64,000 nucleotides of DNA from Azolla caroliniana (lineage: Eukaryota > Plantae > Polypodiophyta): NCBI GenBank assembly GCA_043228905.1, contig JBHGNT010000005.1:3906001-3970000 (forward strand), in the 5' to 3' direction. The notes below the pieces were generated by a model that was not told the origin of the DNA, searched no databases, and worked only from the letters and a program-made list of their open reading frames with translations. This document shows, piece by piece, positions 1 through 12,672 of the stretch; the stretch's first letter is position 1; the number at the start of each line of letters is the position of its first letter. The position numbers and the translations under genes are program-made.

Positions 1-1937
1 ACGAGAAGCTACATCCTGTGGCTTTCCACTCCCGTAAGTTTGACGCCGCCGAAATCAACTACGAAATTCATGATAAAGAGCTATTAGCAATAGTTGATTC
101 TTTTATGCAATGGAGGCATTTCCTGGAGGGATCTCCTCATCAGGTCACTGTATTCAGTGACCACAAGAACCTTGCCTACTTTCAAGATGCTCGTGTACTG
201 AATCGACGTCAAGCTCGGTGGGCCCACTTCCTCACACGCTTCGACTTCAAAATTACATATCGTCCGGGGAAGCACCAAGGGAAGGCAGATGCATTATCAC
301 GACGTTCGTATCTAACACCACGTCCCGGTGAGCCAGCTTTCGATAACCAGAAGCAAGTAATCTTGGGTCCAGCACGACTGCAAGCAGCACAGGTCTTTGA
401 CATGCCCGTGGATTCCGACATTACCAATACTATACGTGAGGACTTGAAGACTGACGCTTTCGCCCAAGCTATACTAGCACAAATTGACCCCTCTCGAGCG
501 TCATGTTCACAATCACAATCACCAGGTACGGATTATCGGCAATTCAAATACTGTGATGGATTACTCTTCTTTAAAGAACTTTTGTATGTTCCTAATGGTT
601 CTTGCCGCCTTCGAGTAGTACAAAACTGCCATGACACATATACAGCCGGACATTTTGGTAGTACTAAAACATTAGATTTAGTACAACGATCATTCTGGTG
701 GCCCCGTATGCGACAATTTGTCGAAGATTTTGTTCGGACTTGCGATACATGCTGCAGAGCGAAAATGCCAAGACATCATCCATATGGTTTATTAGAACCA
801 TTACCAATTCCAAGCAAGCCATGGCAATCCATTGCTCTTGACTTCATTACAGATCTTCCAGTCTCTAAGGGATTCAGTGCGATTCTCACAGTGGTGGATC
901 GATATACAAAGATGGCTCATTTCTTACCATGTACTAAAGAAATATCTAGTGAAGACACCGCCGAAATTGTCATGCGGGAAGTATGTCGGCATCATGGACT
1001 CCCTGATAATATCATCAGCGATCGTGGACCTCAGTTTGTGTCAAAATTCTGGAAGCACCTTTTTAAAATGCTGAAGGTCACTTGTCACCTCTCCTCCGGC
1101 TACCACCCACAAACCGACGGTCAAGCTGAACGAACAAATCAAACACTGGAGCAGTATCTGCGGTGCTTTCTCAACTATCATCAGAATGACTGGGCAGATA
1201 TTCTTCAGTTCGCCGAATTTGCCTATAATAACGCTATCCACGCATCGACTAAAGTCACGCCATTCTACGCTTATACAGGATATCATCCCCGGTGGTGTGT
1301 CCTTGAAACCCCAGAAGTGTCCACAAATCCTTGCGCGGAGGATCGTTTGGAGCGGTTACGCAAGATACAAGCGGATTTATCTACTCAACTCCAGCAAGCT
1401 CAACAATCACACAAGGACTACGCAGATCGTCATCGACTTCCATCCAGTTTTAACATTGGAGATCGGGTGTGGCTGCTACGACGACACATCAAGACTACTC
1501 GCCCATGTGAGAAGTTGGATTATCGGCGATTAGGTCCTTTCCGTATTATCGGGAAGATTAATGATGTCGCTTTTCGTCTCGAGCTACCTCCGCAACTTCG
1601 GATACATCCGGTGTTTCATAGTTCTCTCCTCGAACCCTATCACGAGAGCACTATCCCAGGACGTACTATACAACCACCACCTCCTATCGAGCTCGAAGAT
1701 GGACCTGAGTATGAGGTCGCTGCCATCCTCGATTCCAAGATTGTTCGCAACAAGCTCTACTATCTAGTCGATTGGCTAGGATATAGTCCCAGCGAGCGTA
1801 CTTGGGAACCGATCGAGAATGTGACCAATGCTCGTGCTCTTCTAGAAGACTTCCATCGACGATATCCCGAGAAACCGGGTCCTCAATCCAAAACGACTCG
1901 TGGAACTCGTCGTTTTAAAGGGGGGATAGTGTCATAA
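1..1937 (+). CDS. pol: Ty3/Gypsy chromovirus (Tcn1-like) pol, 3' part: RNase H, integrase, chromodomain
   Basis: The uninterrupted ORF contains RNase H (NYEIHDKELLAIV, DHKNL) and the integrase zinc finger (H..GH, CDTC). It also has the DDE core (IALDFIT, ISDRGPQF, HPQTDGQAER), a GPY/F motif (LGPFRI) and a chromodomain (EYEVAAILDS..YYLVDWLGY..TWEP). It is truncated by the window start. Confidence 0.95.
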   Translation, partial: EKLHPVAFHSRKFDAAEINYEIHDKELLAIVDSFMQWRHFLEGSPHQVTVFSDHKNLAYFQDARVLNRRQARWAHFLTRFDFKITYRPGKHQGKADALSRRSYLTPRPGEPAFDNQKQVILGPARLQAAQVFDMPVDSDITNTIREDLKTDAFAQAILAQIDPSRASCSQSQSPGTDYRQFKYCDGLLFFKELLYVPNGSCRLRVVQNCHDTYTAGHFGSTKTLDLVQRSFWWPRMRQFVEDFVRTCDTCCRAKMPRHHPYGLLEPLPIPSKPWQSIALDFITDLPVSKGFSAILTVVDRYTKMAHFLPCTKEISSEDTAEIVMREVCRHHGLPDNIISDRGPQFVSKFWKHLFKMLKVTCHLSSGYHPQTDGQAERTNQTLEQYLRCFLNYHQNDWADILQFAEFAYNNAIHASTKVTPFYAYTGYHPRWCVLETPEVSTNPCAEDRLERLRKIQADLSTQLQQAQQSHKDYADRHRLPSSFNIGDRVWLLRRHIKTTRPCEKLDYRRLGPFRIIGKINDVAFRLELPPQLRIHPVFHSSLLEPYHESTIPGRTIQPPPPIELEDGPEYEVAAILDSKIVRNKLYYLVDWLGYSPSERTWEPIENVTNARALLEDFHRRYPEKPGPQSKTTRGTRRFKGGIVS

Positions 1938-2219
1938 CTAGACTCGAACCCATAACCTTTTGTTACACGGGTCGAGACTTTACCATTAGGTTATGAATTG
2001 TAATTTGAAGGATATTATTTTCATTTAGGTTTTATTAGGAAATTGATGTATATTCCAGATTTCTCTGGAACATTCTAGAAACTTCAGGAGTATTCCTGAA
2101 GACACTATAAAAGGAGGCGCAAGGCATTAGTTCGAACCAAATCGGTTCAACGCCAGTCTTAAGCCTTCTAACTACTGTTGTATATCTTCCTTCATATAAT
2201 ACATATACCTTTCGCATCA

Positions 2220-2291
<72 letters not shown>

Positions 2292-2424
2292 ACCCATTCC
2301 TTCTCTCAAAGTTCGACACCTCTCATAGTACTAATCCTTCTCTGTCTTAGTACTATTCCCCGACAATAGTACTAATCCTTCTTTTAGTACTAATTCCTTC
2401 TCTGCCTTAATAGAGTTCCTGACA
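1930..2424 (+). mobile_element. 3' LTR of the Gypsy chromovirus (495 bp)
   Basis: The PPT aaaggggggatag precedes TGTCA at 1930, and the LTR ends TGACA at 2424. It has a TATA-like ctataaaa (~2105), (CT)n at ~2225-2287 and repeated tagtactaat motifs. Copia gag sequence resumes after 2424. Confidence 0.85.
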
Positions 2425-5400
2425 TCGACAGACCGATCGAACATATGAGGAAGAGATTCCTCACGGCCGCCGAACAATCAACGAAGACGGAGCCAGTCAC
2501 GGGATAATCGAATCTGCAACTATTGCAAGAAACCCGGACACATCAAAGCCGACTGCCGCGCACTCAAGAACAAGAACGACAAGTCTCAGAGATCAGACAA
2601 GAAGAGTGGCCGGCATGAGGAGATCAATTACGTCAGCTTCTCAGCTGATGTGCTACCAAACGACCCGAATATACTATCAATCGAAAATCCAGTCGGATCA
2701 GAAGTTCTGCTCACGACTGAAGAATCGAGCACATGGCTCTTAGATTCGGGCGCGTCATTTCACGTGACTCCTCATCGATCCCAATTTCGGCAATATACGA
2801 TCCGTCACTCCGACTCAGTTCGAGTCGGTAACTCGCAACACTGTGACATCATTGGAATCGGCACAGTAGAGCTCAACCTTGCAGGTGGCTCTACACTTGT
2901 ACTTCACAATGTCCGACATGTACCCGAGCTCTCAAGGCCATTGATCTCAGTCGGACAACTAGATGAAGACGGCATTCGTGCCGGTTTTTCTTCGGGAGGG
3001 TGGACACTCCACAGGGGGAACCTCCTGCTTGCTAGAGGACCCAAGATACACTCACTGTATCCGTTACATGTTACGCTCAGAGAGGGTAACCTGTTTTTGG
3101 TGGATATTCCTGTGTCATCACTATGGCACAGAAGATTAGGACACCTCAGCAAGGCCGGCATTATGCATCTATCTAGAGCCGGATACATCCCTAAACTCTC
3201 CTTCTCCGACCATCAATTCTGCGAGCATTGCCAGTATGGCAAACAAGCAGCCGCATCACACCCGACATCAGCACCAAGAGAAACGAGACCTCTCGATTTG
3301 GTCCACTCGGACGTCTGTGGCCCAATGCCGCATCAGTCTCTCGGCGGTGCCTCTTACTTCGTCAGTTTTATTGACGATTCGACTCGAAAGGTGTGGGCTT
3401 ATCCAATTCGCACCAAAGATCGTGTCTTCTTGATCTTCTCCGATTGGCTCGCTATGGTAGAAAATCAAACCGACCGAAAACTGAAATGCTTTCGGACCGA
3501 CACTGGGGGAGAGTTCAAATCAGAAGAATTCGTCAAATTCTGCTGACAACGCGGCATCCGACGTGAATTTACGGCACCACACAGTCCGGAGCAAAACGGG
3601 ATTGCCGAACGCATGAATCGGACAATCCAAGAATGGATAGTTTCCATGCTCCAACACTCCGGACTGTCAGATGGCTTCTGGGCAGAGGCTCTACTCACGG
3701 CAGTACACATAATCAATATGTCGCCAAGCAGACCTCTAGGACTTCAAATTCCTCAGGAACTATGGATCGGCAGTAAGCCGAATTACGACAAGCTGAGGAT
3801 CTTCGGATTCGAGGCGTACGCCCTTATTCCGAAAGATGATCGCCGAAAACTTGCACCTCGGTCCAGGAAATGCATTTTCCTTGGATATGGATCCGACGGC
3901 GAAATGGGATACCGACTCTGGGACCCAGAACGCAGACAAATCGTCCGAAGTTCGGACGTTGTGTTCAACGAGTCGGCTATGAATCCATCAGTCAAAACAC
4001 CGATCGAAGTCCGAAGGGTAACATTTTCCGATGACTGCCGACCCTTCAAGAAGGCCCCGCTCTTAACACACGGTCAGCTTCACGGGTAGCTGAACCTTAC
4101 ACTACCGATTCGGACAACTCTGACTCGGCACAGCAGCTTTCGGACCATCCGACCTCGATACCCGATGCGACCAGTCCAATCATACCTCGACGATCCGAGA
4201 GACTGTCGCAACCTCCGGAGAGGTATTCTCCTGGAATTTTCTTCACCGACGCCGGCGAACCGACGTCTTACGAAGAAGCATCGACATCTGTCGATTCCGC
4301 CACCTGGCATCTGGCGATGGAGTCGGAAATGCACTCCATTCGGGCAAACAAGACTTGGGATCTGGTCGAATTACCTAGGAACCGACGTGCTCTTCCTTGC
4401 AAGTGGGTTTACCGACTAAAAGAGACGTCTGATTCGACCACCCCAAAGTACAAGGCCAGATTAGTTGCGAAGGGCTTCCGACAAGAATATGGTGTCGACT
4501 TCGACGAGATTTTTTCACCAGTGGTGAAAATGACAACCCTTCGTTTTCTACTCGGCGTAGTGGCAGCCGACAACTTGGAGCTGATTCAGCTAGATGTCAA
4601 AACAGCATTCCTCCATGGTGATCTTGAAGAGGAAATTTATATGGAGCAGCCAAAAGGCTTCGTGGCAACTGGCCAAGAACATCTAGTCTGCCGACTCAGG
4701 AAGAGTCTATACGGCCTCAAACAGGCACCGCGACAATGGTACAAGAAGTTCGACGACTTCATCCAATCTATCGGCTTCTCAAAAAGCGATGAGGACCATT
4801 GTTTTTTTTACCAACACAGCTCAAGATGGATCACCCATCTTCCTCATCATTTACGTGGACGACATGCTAATTTCTGGACGCCACGCGGGCGAACTTGCCG
4901 ATCTCATTGGGCAACTGCGGTTGAAGTTTGCCATGAAGGACCTCGGTCCGGCACGACACATACTTGGCATGAAGATTAGTCGGCATCGCGATCAACGACA
5001 TCTTTTTTTGTCTCAGACCGACTATATCGGACGTGTCTTGGAACGCTTCAACATGCAATCAGCCAAATCTGCTTCAACCCCGCTCCCCATGAATCTTCGG
5101 CTCTCTCAGCGAGACTGCCCGACATCCGGTCCGGAGGGGGAAGATATGAAGTCGGTACCGTATGCACCGGCAGTCGGCTCCCTTATGTACCTGATGGTCG
5201 CGACACGGCCTGATATTTCTCATGCCGTAGGAGTCGTTAGCAGATTTATGCACAATCCTGGCCGATCGCATTGGAACGCAGTCAAGCATGTGTTCAAATA
5301 TCTGGCTGGCACAAAAGACCACAGCATTCTTTTCGGTCCGAACTCAACTACAGGCGTAGTCGGTTACACCGACTCGGACTTCGCCGGCTGTATAGACAGT

Positions 5401-6214
5401 CGGAAATCAACAACCGGATACTGCTTCAAATTCGGCAATGGAGCAATTTCGTGGAAGTCGAAACTTCAGGAGTGCACAGCGACCTCAACGACCGAAGCAG
5501 AATATGTAGCTGCGTCCGACGCTGCAAAAGAAGCTTTGTGGCTCGGCCGGCTGGCGCACACGTTTCGACAAGTCGACCATGACTCGGCCCCAGTTGTCTA
5601 TAGCGACAGTCAAGGTGTTGTTGCCTTGTCGAAAAATCCGGTTCACCACAACGCCTCCAAACATATCGACGTTCGATATCACTTCGTTCGGGACTGCGTC
5701 ATTTCAGGGAAAATCGGTCTAGAGAAAATATCCACAACCGACAATGTCGCAGATGGAATGACCAAGTGTCTTTCGGCAGACCACTTTCGGTCCCTTCGGC
5801 ATCAGATGGGCGTAACGACAAACCAGTCCGGTTAGAGCCGGACACATCGCAGGATGGTTTCCGACAACCGACATCAGTTCCTTAATGATCGGCTTCAACT
5901 CTTCCGACCCGACCAGTTCGGTCTTCTGCCTTCGGACCCTGCCGACTCGAACAAAACTGATATGTCCGAGAACCTAGGTTTATGCCTGTAATCTTAGATA
6001 ACCCATGTATACGCCCATTACGGGGGAGTGTCGAATACAAGTGTATAATGGACGTATTCACACTATCCCTTTGTATAGATCAAGTTTGGGCCATTTGTGT
6101 AATTAGCATAAATGGTAGATGCCCTAAGTCTGTCACTATATATAGTGACCTTGTAACCTTTTTGTAAGGTTGGGTTGTATTATTGCTTTATGGAATAGAA
6201 AGAGTCGTTTTGTG

Positions 6215-6257
<43 letters not shown>

Positions 6258-6345
6258 GTGCAACGACCTAGAAACTGTCATACGCAGGTACAGAACAGAA
6301 TCGAATGCTTCTTGATCTTCCGCATAGACGACCTTGTCTCCAACA
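2425..6345 (+). mobile_element. Ty1/Copia LTR retrotransposon (gag 3' part, PR, INT, RT, RH, 3' LTR), slightly degenerate
   Basis: Gag zinc knuckle CNYCKKPGHIKADC (~2515-2557), protease WLLDSGAS, GAG-pre-integrase LWHRRLGH, integrase LDLVHSDVCGP, RT (YKARLVAKGF, QLDVKTAFLHG, YVDDMLI) and RNase H (YTDSDFAG, KHIDVRYHFVR). There is one stop at 3544-3546 and frameshifts near ~4050 and ~4805. Confidence 0.95.
6029..6345 (+). mobile_element. 3' LTR of the Copia element (~317 bp)
   Basis: PPT cgggggag is followed by TGTCG at 6029, and the LTR ends CCAACA at 6345. It contains tatatata and (CT)n. LINE RT sequence resumes at 6346. Confidence 0.8.
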
Positions 6346-7665
6346 GGCTCCTAATGCTTTGCAAAAGAGATCGATAACACTCGGTGCCCTCTCAAGATTC
6401 GCTTCATTGCCTTGGAGGTACAACATCGTATCGTCTGCGAAGTCCGAGTCCAATAGGGACTTCCTTGAGTTAGGGATTGAAAGACCATGTAGATTTGCCC
6501 CCTAACTATTAAAAAAGCCTGACATTGCTTCAGTAATAAAGAGGAACAGAAAAGGGGCAAGAGGACAACCCTGTCTGATGGATCTAGTTAGAGAGATTTG
6601 AGCTCCTTTCCTCCCTACAATCAACACCTTACTCGAGCCATTCCTATATAAGGCTTGGGCAACACACCTCCATTCCCATGGTAGCTCAATGACCTTCGTC
6701 ACTTCTTCAAGGAAGAACCATCGCACTCGATCATAAGCTTTCTCAAAGTCGAGCATCAGTTAGGCTAAGTTTTGATTGGTCTCCCTCGTCGTTGCAAGAG
6801 CCTCCCAAAACAAAATCACGTTGTCCATAATAGATCGATGCTACATGAAATTGGTTTGATTGGTTTTAATGATATCTCCTAGAAAGGGCTTGATTCTCTA
6901 CACTAGTATGTTAGCAAATTTTTTATAAATTAGATTTAAAATTGTAATGGGCCTCCATTGTCTAATCTCATACAACGCAGTCTCCGATTTAGGAATCAGG
7001 TAAATCAAGCCTTCATTGAAGTTGCTCGGCATCCTTCCCGTCCTCCACATCTCTTGCAATCCAGCTTCCAAACTTGGAAAAATTTGCTCCCAAAACTCCT
7101 TGAAGAAGGCTTTGGGAAGGCCATCAGCACCAGGACAAGCCATACTATGTATCTTGTCTAGCCCCACTACAATCTCTTCCTTCTCTATGGCTTTTGACAA
7201 CTGCGTTTTAGCTACCTCTCCACACCTGGTCTTCAAGCATACAAGTACATCATGCATCATGTTACTTGGAGGGTTGTTTGTCAATGTTAGAGCTAAAAGG
7301 TCTCTGTAGTAATTAGTCGCGATTTCCAAGATTTCCTCTTGATTAGACGCCGTCGAATCATCCTCCCGTTTGAGACTTTGAATATGCGTTCCTCACCATT
7401 TCAGAGCCTTGGTAAGAAAAAACTCCCTGTTAACTTTATCTCCCTTGACAACCCACCATGTTGTTGACTTTCTAAAGAGGACTTGCTCACGTTGCTACTT
7501 AATCTCCTACAGCACCCTAGTGGCCTCTTGCAACCTGTCTTTCACCCAAACACAACATGGGTCCACTTGCATGAGCTTTTGAGCTGAGATGACTGCCTTC
7601 CTTGGGCGTTGCAACTAGTATTGACACCTTACCAGCTCCTCCCTAGCCACTTTCTGAAGAACAAA
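6346..7665 (-). mobile_element. L1-type LINE ORF2 (reverse transcriptase) fragment, degenerate
   Basis: Minus-strand motifs CPGADGLP..FF, LIYLIPK, WRPITILN, LDFEKAYDRV, RSIRQGCPLAPFLF and DFADDT, with stops and frameshifts. It is interrupted at 6345 by the Copia. Confidence 0.9.
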
Positions 7666-7699
7666 AGAAGAATTAATTTATCTTTTCCTCCAATACCTA

Positions 7700-8330
7700 T
7701 ACCAGTCGTCGGATGACAGGGATGCCGCCCAAATGTTATTCATTGCATCCTTAACCTTTTGGATACCAAAAATCTTCGAAGGAATCCTCAAATTGCTCTC
7801 ACTCTTCTTCTTATAAAGTACAATGCTTGCATACATGTCTTTTTTTCCAAAAAAATATACTACATTAGTATTAGAAAGCGCCATAAGGCTAAACATACAA
7901 TATATACCACATATCCCTTATATTTTTCTAAATTCTAACCATTGGCTTAAATAAATACTTTTTGTTAGAGTAAAACCACTCCACCTTATCAAAAAGCCAT
8001 CTATGAAATATACCCATGTCCCAGATGGCATGAAACTCCAAACGCTTAAGCTCCGTTTGGTGCATATTACCTTTTATACTATCCAACAACCCTCTAAGAT
8101 TATGCACAATCTCTATCCAAATTCCCGAAATTATTTGGGCGGGTCTTTCAGTCACATTTTGAAATACCGTCAAACATTGAGCCTTCCAAATATACCAATT
8201 TGTAGCACTACTTACCAATTGCCATAATTGAGGTTTATCGGTTTGTATTTGTGGGTTCAAAGGGATCAAATTTTTTCCCATCAAACCATGTCTCATCACA
8301 ATAGCATCTACAACCTCCTCCTGCATACAT
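7700..8330 (-). mobile_element. L1-type LINE ORF2 C-terminal/3' end fragment
   Basis: LWQLVSSATNWYIWKAQCLTVFQN...EIVHNLRG is homologous to the LINE C-terminus at 35256-35822 (VWSTISSLLVWVLWKARCKCVFQK...LIHTLRG). Confidence 0.65.
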
Positions 8331-9322
8331 GTCTTTTGGATGTATGGTTGATATAATGTGAAATGGGTCCTCCTTATGACCTCTCATAAATGTGGGGAAT
8401 TTGGTGTCGATGTAAACAATGACCATGTGTCGTTAGTTGGATAAAAATAAAACTAAATAATGGGTCGGTTATACATTGGGTAGAATATAAGATTATGCCC
8501 ATGGTAATCCATCACATAGGACATCAATTTACAATCCTTTTTTTTTTTACTTTCAACAAGCATGAGTTATAGTAGCCTAAATGTTTAACATCTATGATTC
8601 TAAATTTGCTATTATAACATTCAAAAGATTATGGTTGAATTGGATAATGATGACCAATCAAACTTCAATGCACAACAACCAATAAACAAATAGATCTCTT
8701 AATATGGTAATCCCCAACGATTTAAGATTCTCGCAAAGGAACTATACATAACATAAGAACAAACAAGGTCTATGTGAAAAATGTATGGTGACCTTGTCAT
8801 AGTAACGTGATGAGGTATGTATTGGTAACACTCCTTGTGAGATGTGCCAATTAGTTTGTTGAGAGTCTTTGCTTCATATGCAAATCCCTTAGTCGACAAG
8901 AGGCGTGAAACTCTTTTGTAGTTAGGAACATTTTCATCGCCGACATGGGAGTGTTGGTTCATAAGAATGAAACTTCATAAATAGGAGCCTAACCAATGTC
9001 ACATAGGTAGGGATAGCGTGTATTCAACTTTTGCAGGTAAAGTTTCATTCTTAGCTCTTCGTTATCACGTACTTGTTTCTATGTCTTGTAGATAGGACCT
9101 TGTTGGTAACTTCTCTTAAACAAACTTTGTTAGGAAATTCATGGTGTGCGTCGACGAGATTTCTAAGCATGTGAAAGAAGTTAAAATCCAAAGTTTTTGT
9201 GCTAGGTATGTGTGTAAGTATGTGAAAGAAGTTTTTGTGCTCTTTGTGGCAAGTTTCCTTCCTCTTCACCCACTTTGCTAGATGTACACTTGATAAAGGT
9301 GAGTAATGAATGACAACAATGA

Positions 9323-9894
9323 ATCATGCGAAACAATGAATCTTGTCATTTTGGGAAACAATGTCTACTAACTTTGTTTATGGACTCTGGTGCTACAAAT
9401 GTCGGTGGTATAGGTTACACTGCATGCTCAGTTGCAGTTTGGGAGGAGTAGACCATACAAATCTTGGAGATATGGTGTACAAATACGTGTAGTTCTTGTA
9501 TATGCACATCAAAATCGGTTATGATGTGAGCACAATGGAGTCGGTTGGTATACTCCTTTATCCAATACAACTTTTGTATTTCTTATGATTTTATAATACC
9601 AAGGCATATCATGCGAAACAATGAATCTTGTCATTTTGGGAAACAATGTCTACTAACTTTGTTTATGGACTCTGGTGCTACAAATGTCGGTGGTATAGGT
9701 TACATTGCATGCTTAGTTGCAGTTTGGGAGGAGTAGACCATACAAATCTTGGAGATATGGTGTACAAATACGTGTAGTTCTTGTATATGCACATCAAATC
9801 GGCTATGATGTGAGCACAATGGAGTCGGTTGGTATACTCCTTTATCCAATACAACTTTTGTATTTCTTATGATTTTATAATACCAAGGCATATC
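9323..9894. repeat. Direct tandem duplication, ~285-bp unit x2
   Basis: atcatgcgaaacaatgaatcttgtc starts at both 9323 and 9608, and the copies are nearly identical. Confidence 0.9.
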
Positions 9895-11219
9895 TATATA
9901 GGGGGAAAAAAACAATGAATCATGCGAAGGAAAACTAACTACAAATAAACGTGTGTTTGGAAGAGATGTTTCTTCCCCTAAATTATGTGCCTTACATAAA
10001 ACTCATGGAGTCGTAAAACCCTTGGCAATGCTCATTGTATCCCCAATAGTGATACCAATGTTGCGAGGTCAACAAAATAGCTAACCATTTTCTTCCCATT
10101 AGATCGTCGTGGGTTGGGGATGCAAAACACCCTATTTTCAAGTGAGGTGTATAATGATAGGTGTCAACCACATACGAGCATTTATATGTTGCTCAAGCTT
10201 TCTCTCTCTCACACACAAACACTTGATCATAACAAAGAGGCAAAGTTGCTAATGTGCATCCCAAGACGCAACAATGTAGTCAATCACTCAAACGAAATGA
10301 AAAAGAAGAAAGAAAAATGCACGAAAATCACCAATGACCACATTATTCCTCAATCAAACATTTGCCAAGATGGATAAGTATAGTCAACATATGGTCAGTG
10401 AGAGTGATGAAGGAAAAGGATTAAGTGAGTGCTCGAGTTAATATTAGATATAGCGATAGAGAACAAGTAAAAAACTTACATTCTTGCCGCGATACTTATT
10501 TTCTAAATAGATATTACAAATTACAATTATGTTCCATTTAGATTTCCCCCTTTTCCCAAGGTTCTCTTAGTCTCTTTTTTTGTATATTGCCCACATGTTT
10601 AGCCTTGAGAAACAAGTGCGTAACCTAGGTTTAGTACTAGTTTGCACACTATTCTTTTACATGTCATTCAAAGTGACAAAAGAGAGTGAAGACAATGCCT
10701 TGGAGGTATTTCTAGACAAATAGATTTGGAATGTTTTTTATGTCAAGATACTCATAGGCTAAGTGCTTGTATTAACAAACATGCACATTATAATTGTAAT
10801 TCTAAACGACTTTTACAAACAAGTGAACAATTCAATTGTAAAAAAATTCCCATTGCATGTACTTACTACTAACCAAAAGATATAACACTTAATTATGTGG
10901 TTCTCCTTGAAGGTACATGTGAATGTTGCAAATTGCAATAGAACCACATTGTTTTTTATTGCATTGTAAGACAAAAAATGGTGGATATTAATTTATTGCT
11001 CAATATACCATCTACAAAAATGCATAAACATTACCAAAACAATGAGAAACGAGAGCTACAGACTCAAACAAAAACAAAAAATGAAAGGAGATAAACGCCT
11101 GCAAGAAAGAAAAAAGGTAGATAATCAACGTGGTTACATGCATATAGGCATTGCCGAAATATTCGAAAACAAGGGAATGGGAGGAAAACCACAATAATAT
11201 ATAAAAGGAGACAAAAGAA

Positions 11220-11488
11220 GTCTCGATTGGTTTGTTATGCTTCTCCTACAATTTAGTCTCTCACATTTTCATGCAAGGAGGGTCGCAAGGTTACTACCTT
11301 TTAACTATTTTCAACGCCTAAGCTTGCTTCTTCAAATGTATTAACACCTTTTCCTACAATTTAGTCTCGATTGGTTTGTTATGCTTCTCCTACAATTTAG
11401 TCTCTCACATTTTCATGCAAGGAGGGTCACAAGGTTACTACCTTTTAATTATTTTCAACGCCTTGTTTCTTCAAATGTATTAACACCA
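11220..11488. repeat. Direct tandem duplication, ~144-bp unit x2
   Basis: gtctcgattggtttgttatgcttctcc occurs at 11220 and 11364. Confidence 0.85.
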
Positions 11489-11589
11489 ATGTGTGTGTGA
11501 TGCTTGACGCATACATACATAAACACGGGTTAAATAGATGATTCACAATTGCCATGAATGTCTCTCTGGCATTAACAAAATATTAAACA

Positions 11590-11930
11590 ATGTTCTCCGA
11601 TGTTACAGATGGTGAATGGCAATGCAAAGTGGATTTATCAGCCACCCGGTGGCTGTTTCCTCCTAGGGTACCAGACATAGAGGTAGGTGCTGAATTGTGA
11701 AGAGATTGGAGGGTGTCTTTGTTGAATGTGGGTTGTGTGAGGCTCGTGTTGAGGATAGTCTGTCGAGTAATTCTGTGACGAGGCTTTGTTGCTTCATTTA
11801 TACATGATGAATTCTTGTAGCCATTGCAAAGTGGCTTGTAACATATGAGTTATATATTATCCTATGTACTTTTTCTTAACTAATGGAAATAGATTTTATT
11901 TTTTATTTTTAAAGAAAAAGAAAAAGGAAA
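11590..11930 (+). mobile_element. Probable short 3' end of a LINE
   Basis: The motif ...RWLFPP resembles the LINE C-terminus near 35290-35330. It is followed by a UTR-like stretch and an A-rich tail (~11911-11930). Confidence 0.35.
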
Positions 11931-12672
11931 TCTTCATATTGTGAATGGAGGTTGGTTTTGTAAAAATAATACACACCTCTTACTTTATCAAACAACTCTT
12001 TGACTCAAGGAACCAAATTATTTATTTCAAAAAAACATACATTATACTATCGTGTGTGATAATTAATTGGGAAAATGATAATGAACACGAGCCATCGTCA
12101 TTTCCTAATATCAAAGACTACTTCGTGCTTCAATACTTTCCTACCTCTCAACTCCATGCAAGCATGGAAAATTTGCATACTTCTTACGCGAATCATTCTC
12201 ATCTTGATTAAATCAATTAATATATAAGAAATATGATTATATCTATCAAATAGACTGAAAAAAGATACTTGGAAAGTTGGATGAAATTGACTTACAATAG
12301 AGGCAAGGTACTAAAAAACAAAGCTTGAGGTAGTTCCAACGTTGGAGCACCAAAGCCTTGTTTACTATAAAAGCTCTAGCATCTTATATAAGTTTGAAAC
12401 CCTAAACGGTTCTCTCGCATTACAAGCCCATTGGGCATTGAACAGTGGACATTGCCACCTAGTAAAATGTAGTTAGTTCCCCCAATATGTATAAAATAAA
12501 AATGTTTCTCGTATACAATGTGTAGTTACTGGTTACTATGAATCACACATAAATAAAATAAAATTATATACATTTGGAACTATCTCCAATTTGTATCTTA
12601 AATTGAAAAGATCAAGACTCATAGGGAAATTACAAATAATTATGAAATTATTTTCCTTGACAATGATCTAAG

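Noticed and set aside
1930-1995. Functional tRNA gene
   Set aside because: The anticodon and T stems do not pair properly, so it is treated only as a tRNA-derived promoter-like relic.
2035-2369. ORFs with RERERE / SLSLSL runs (also 6183-6377 and 20025-20414)
   Set aside because: These are translations of (CT)n/(GA)n microsatellites, not genes.
8700-9320. Short minus-strand ORFs of 72-87 aa
   Set aside because: No recognisable motif; probably decayed repeat sequence.
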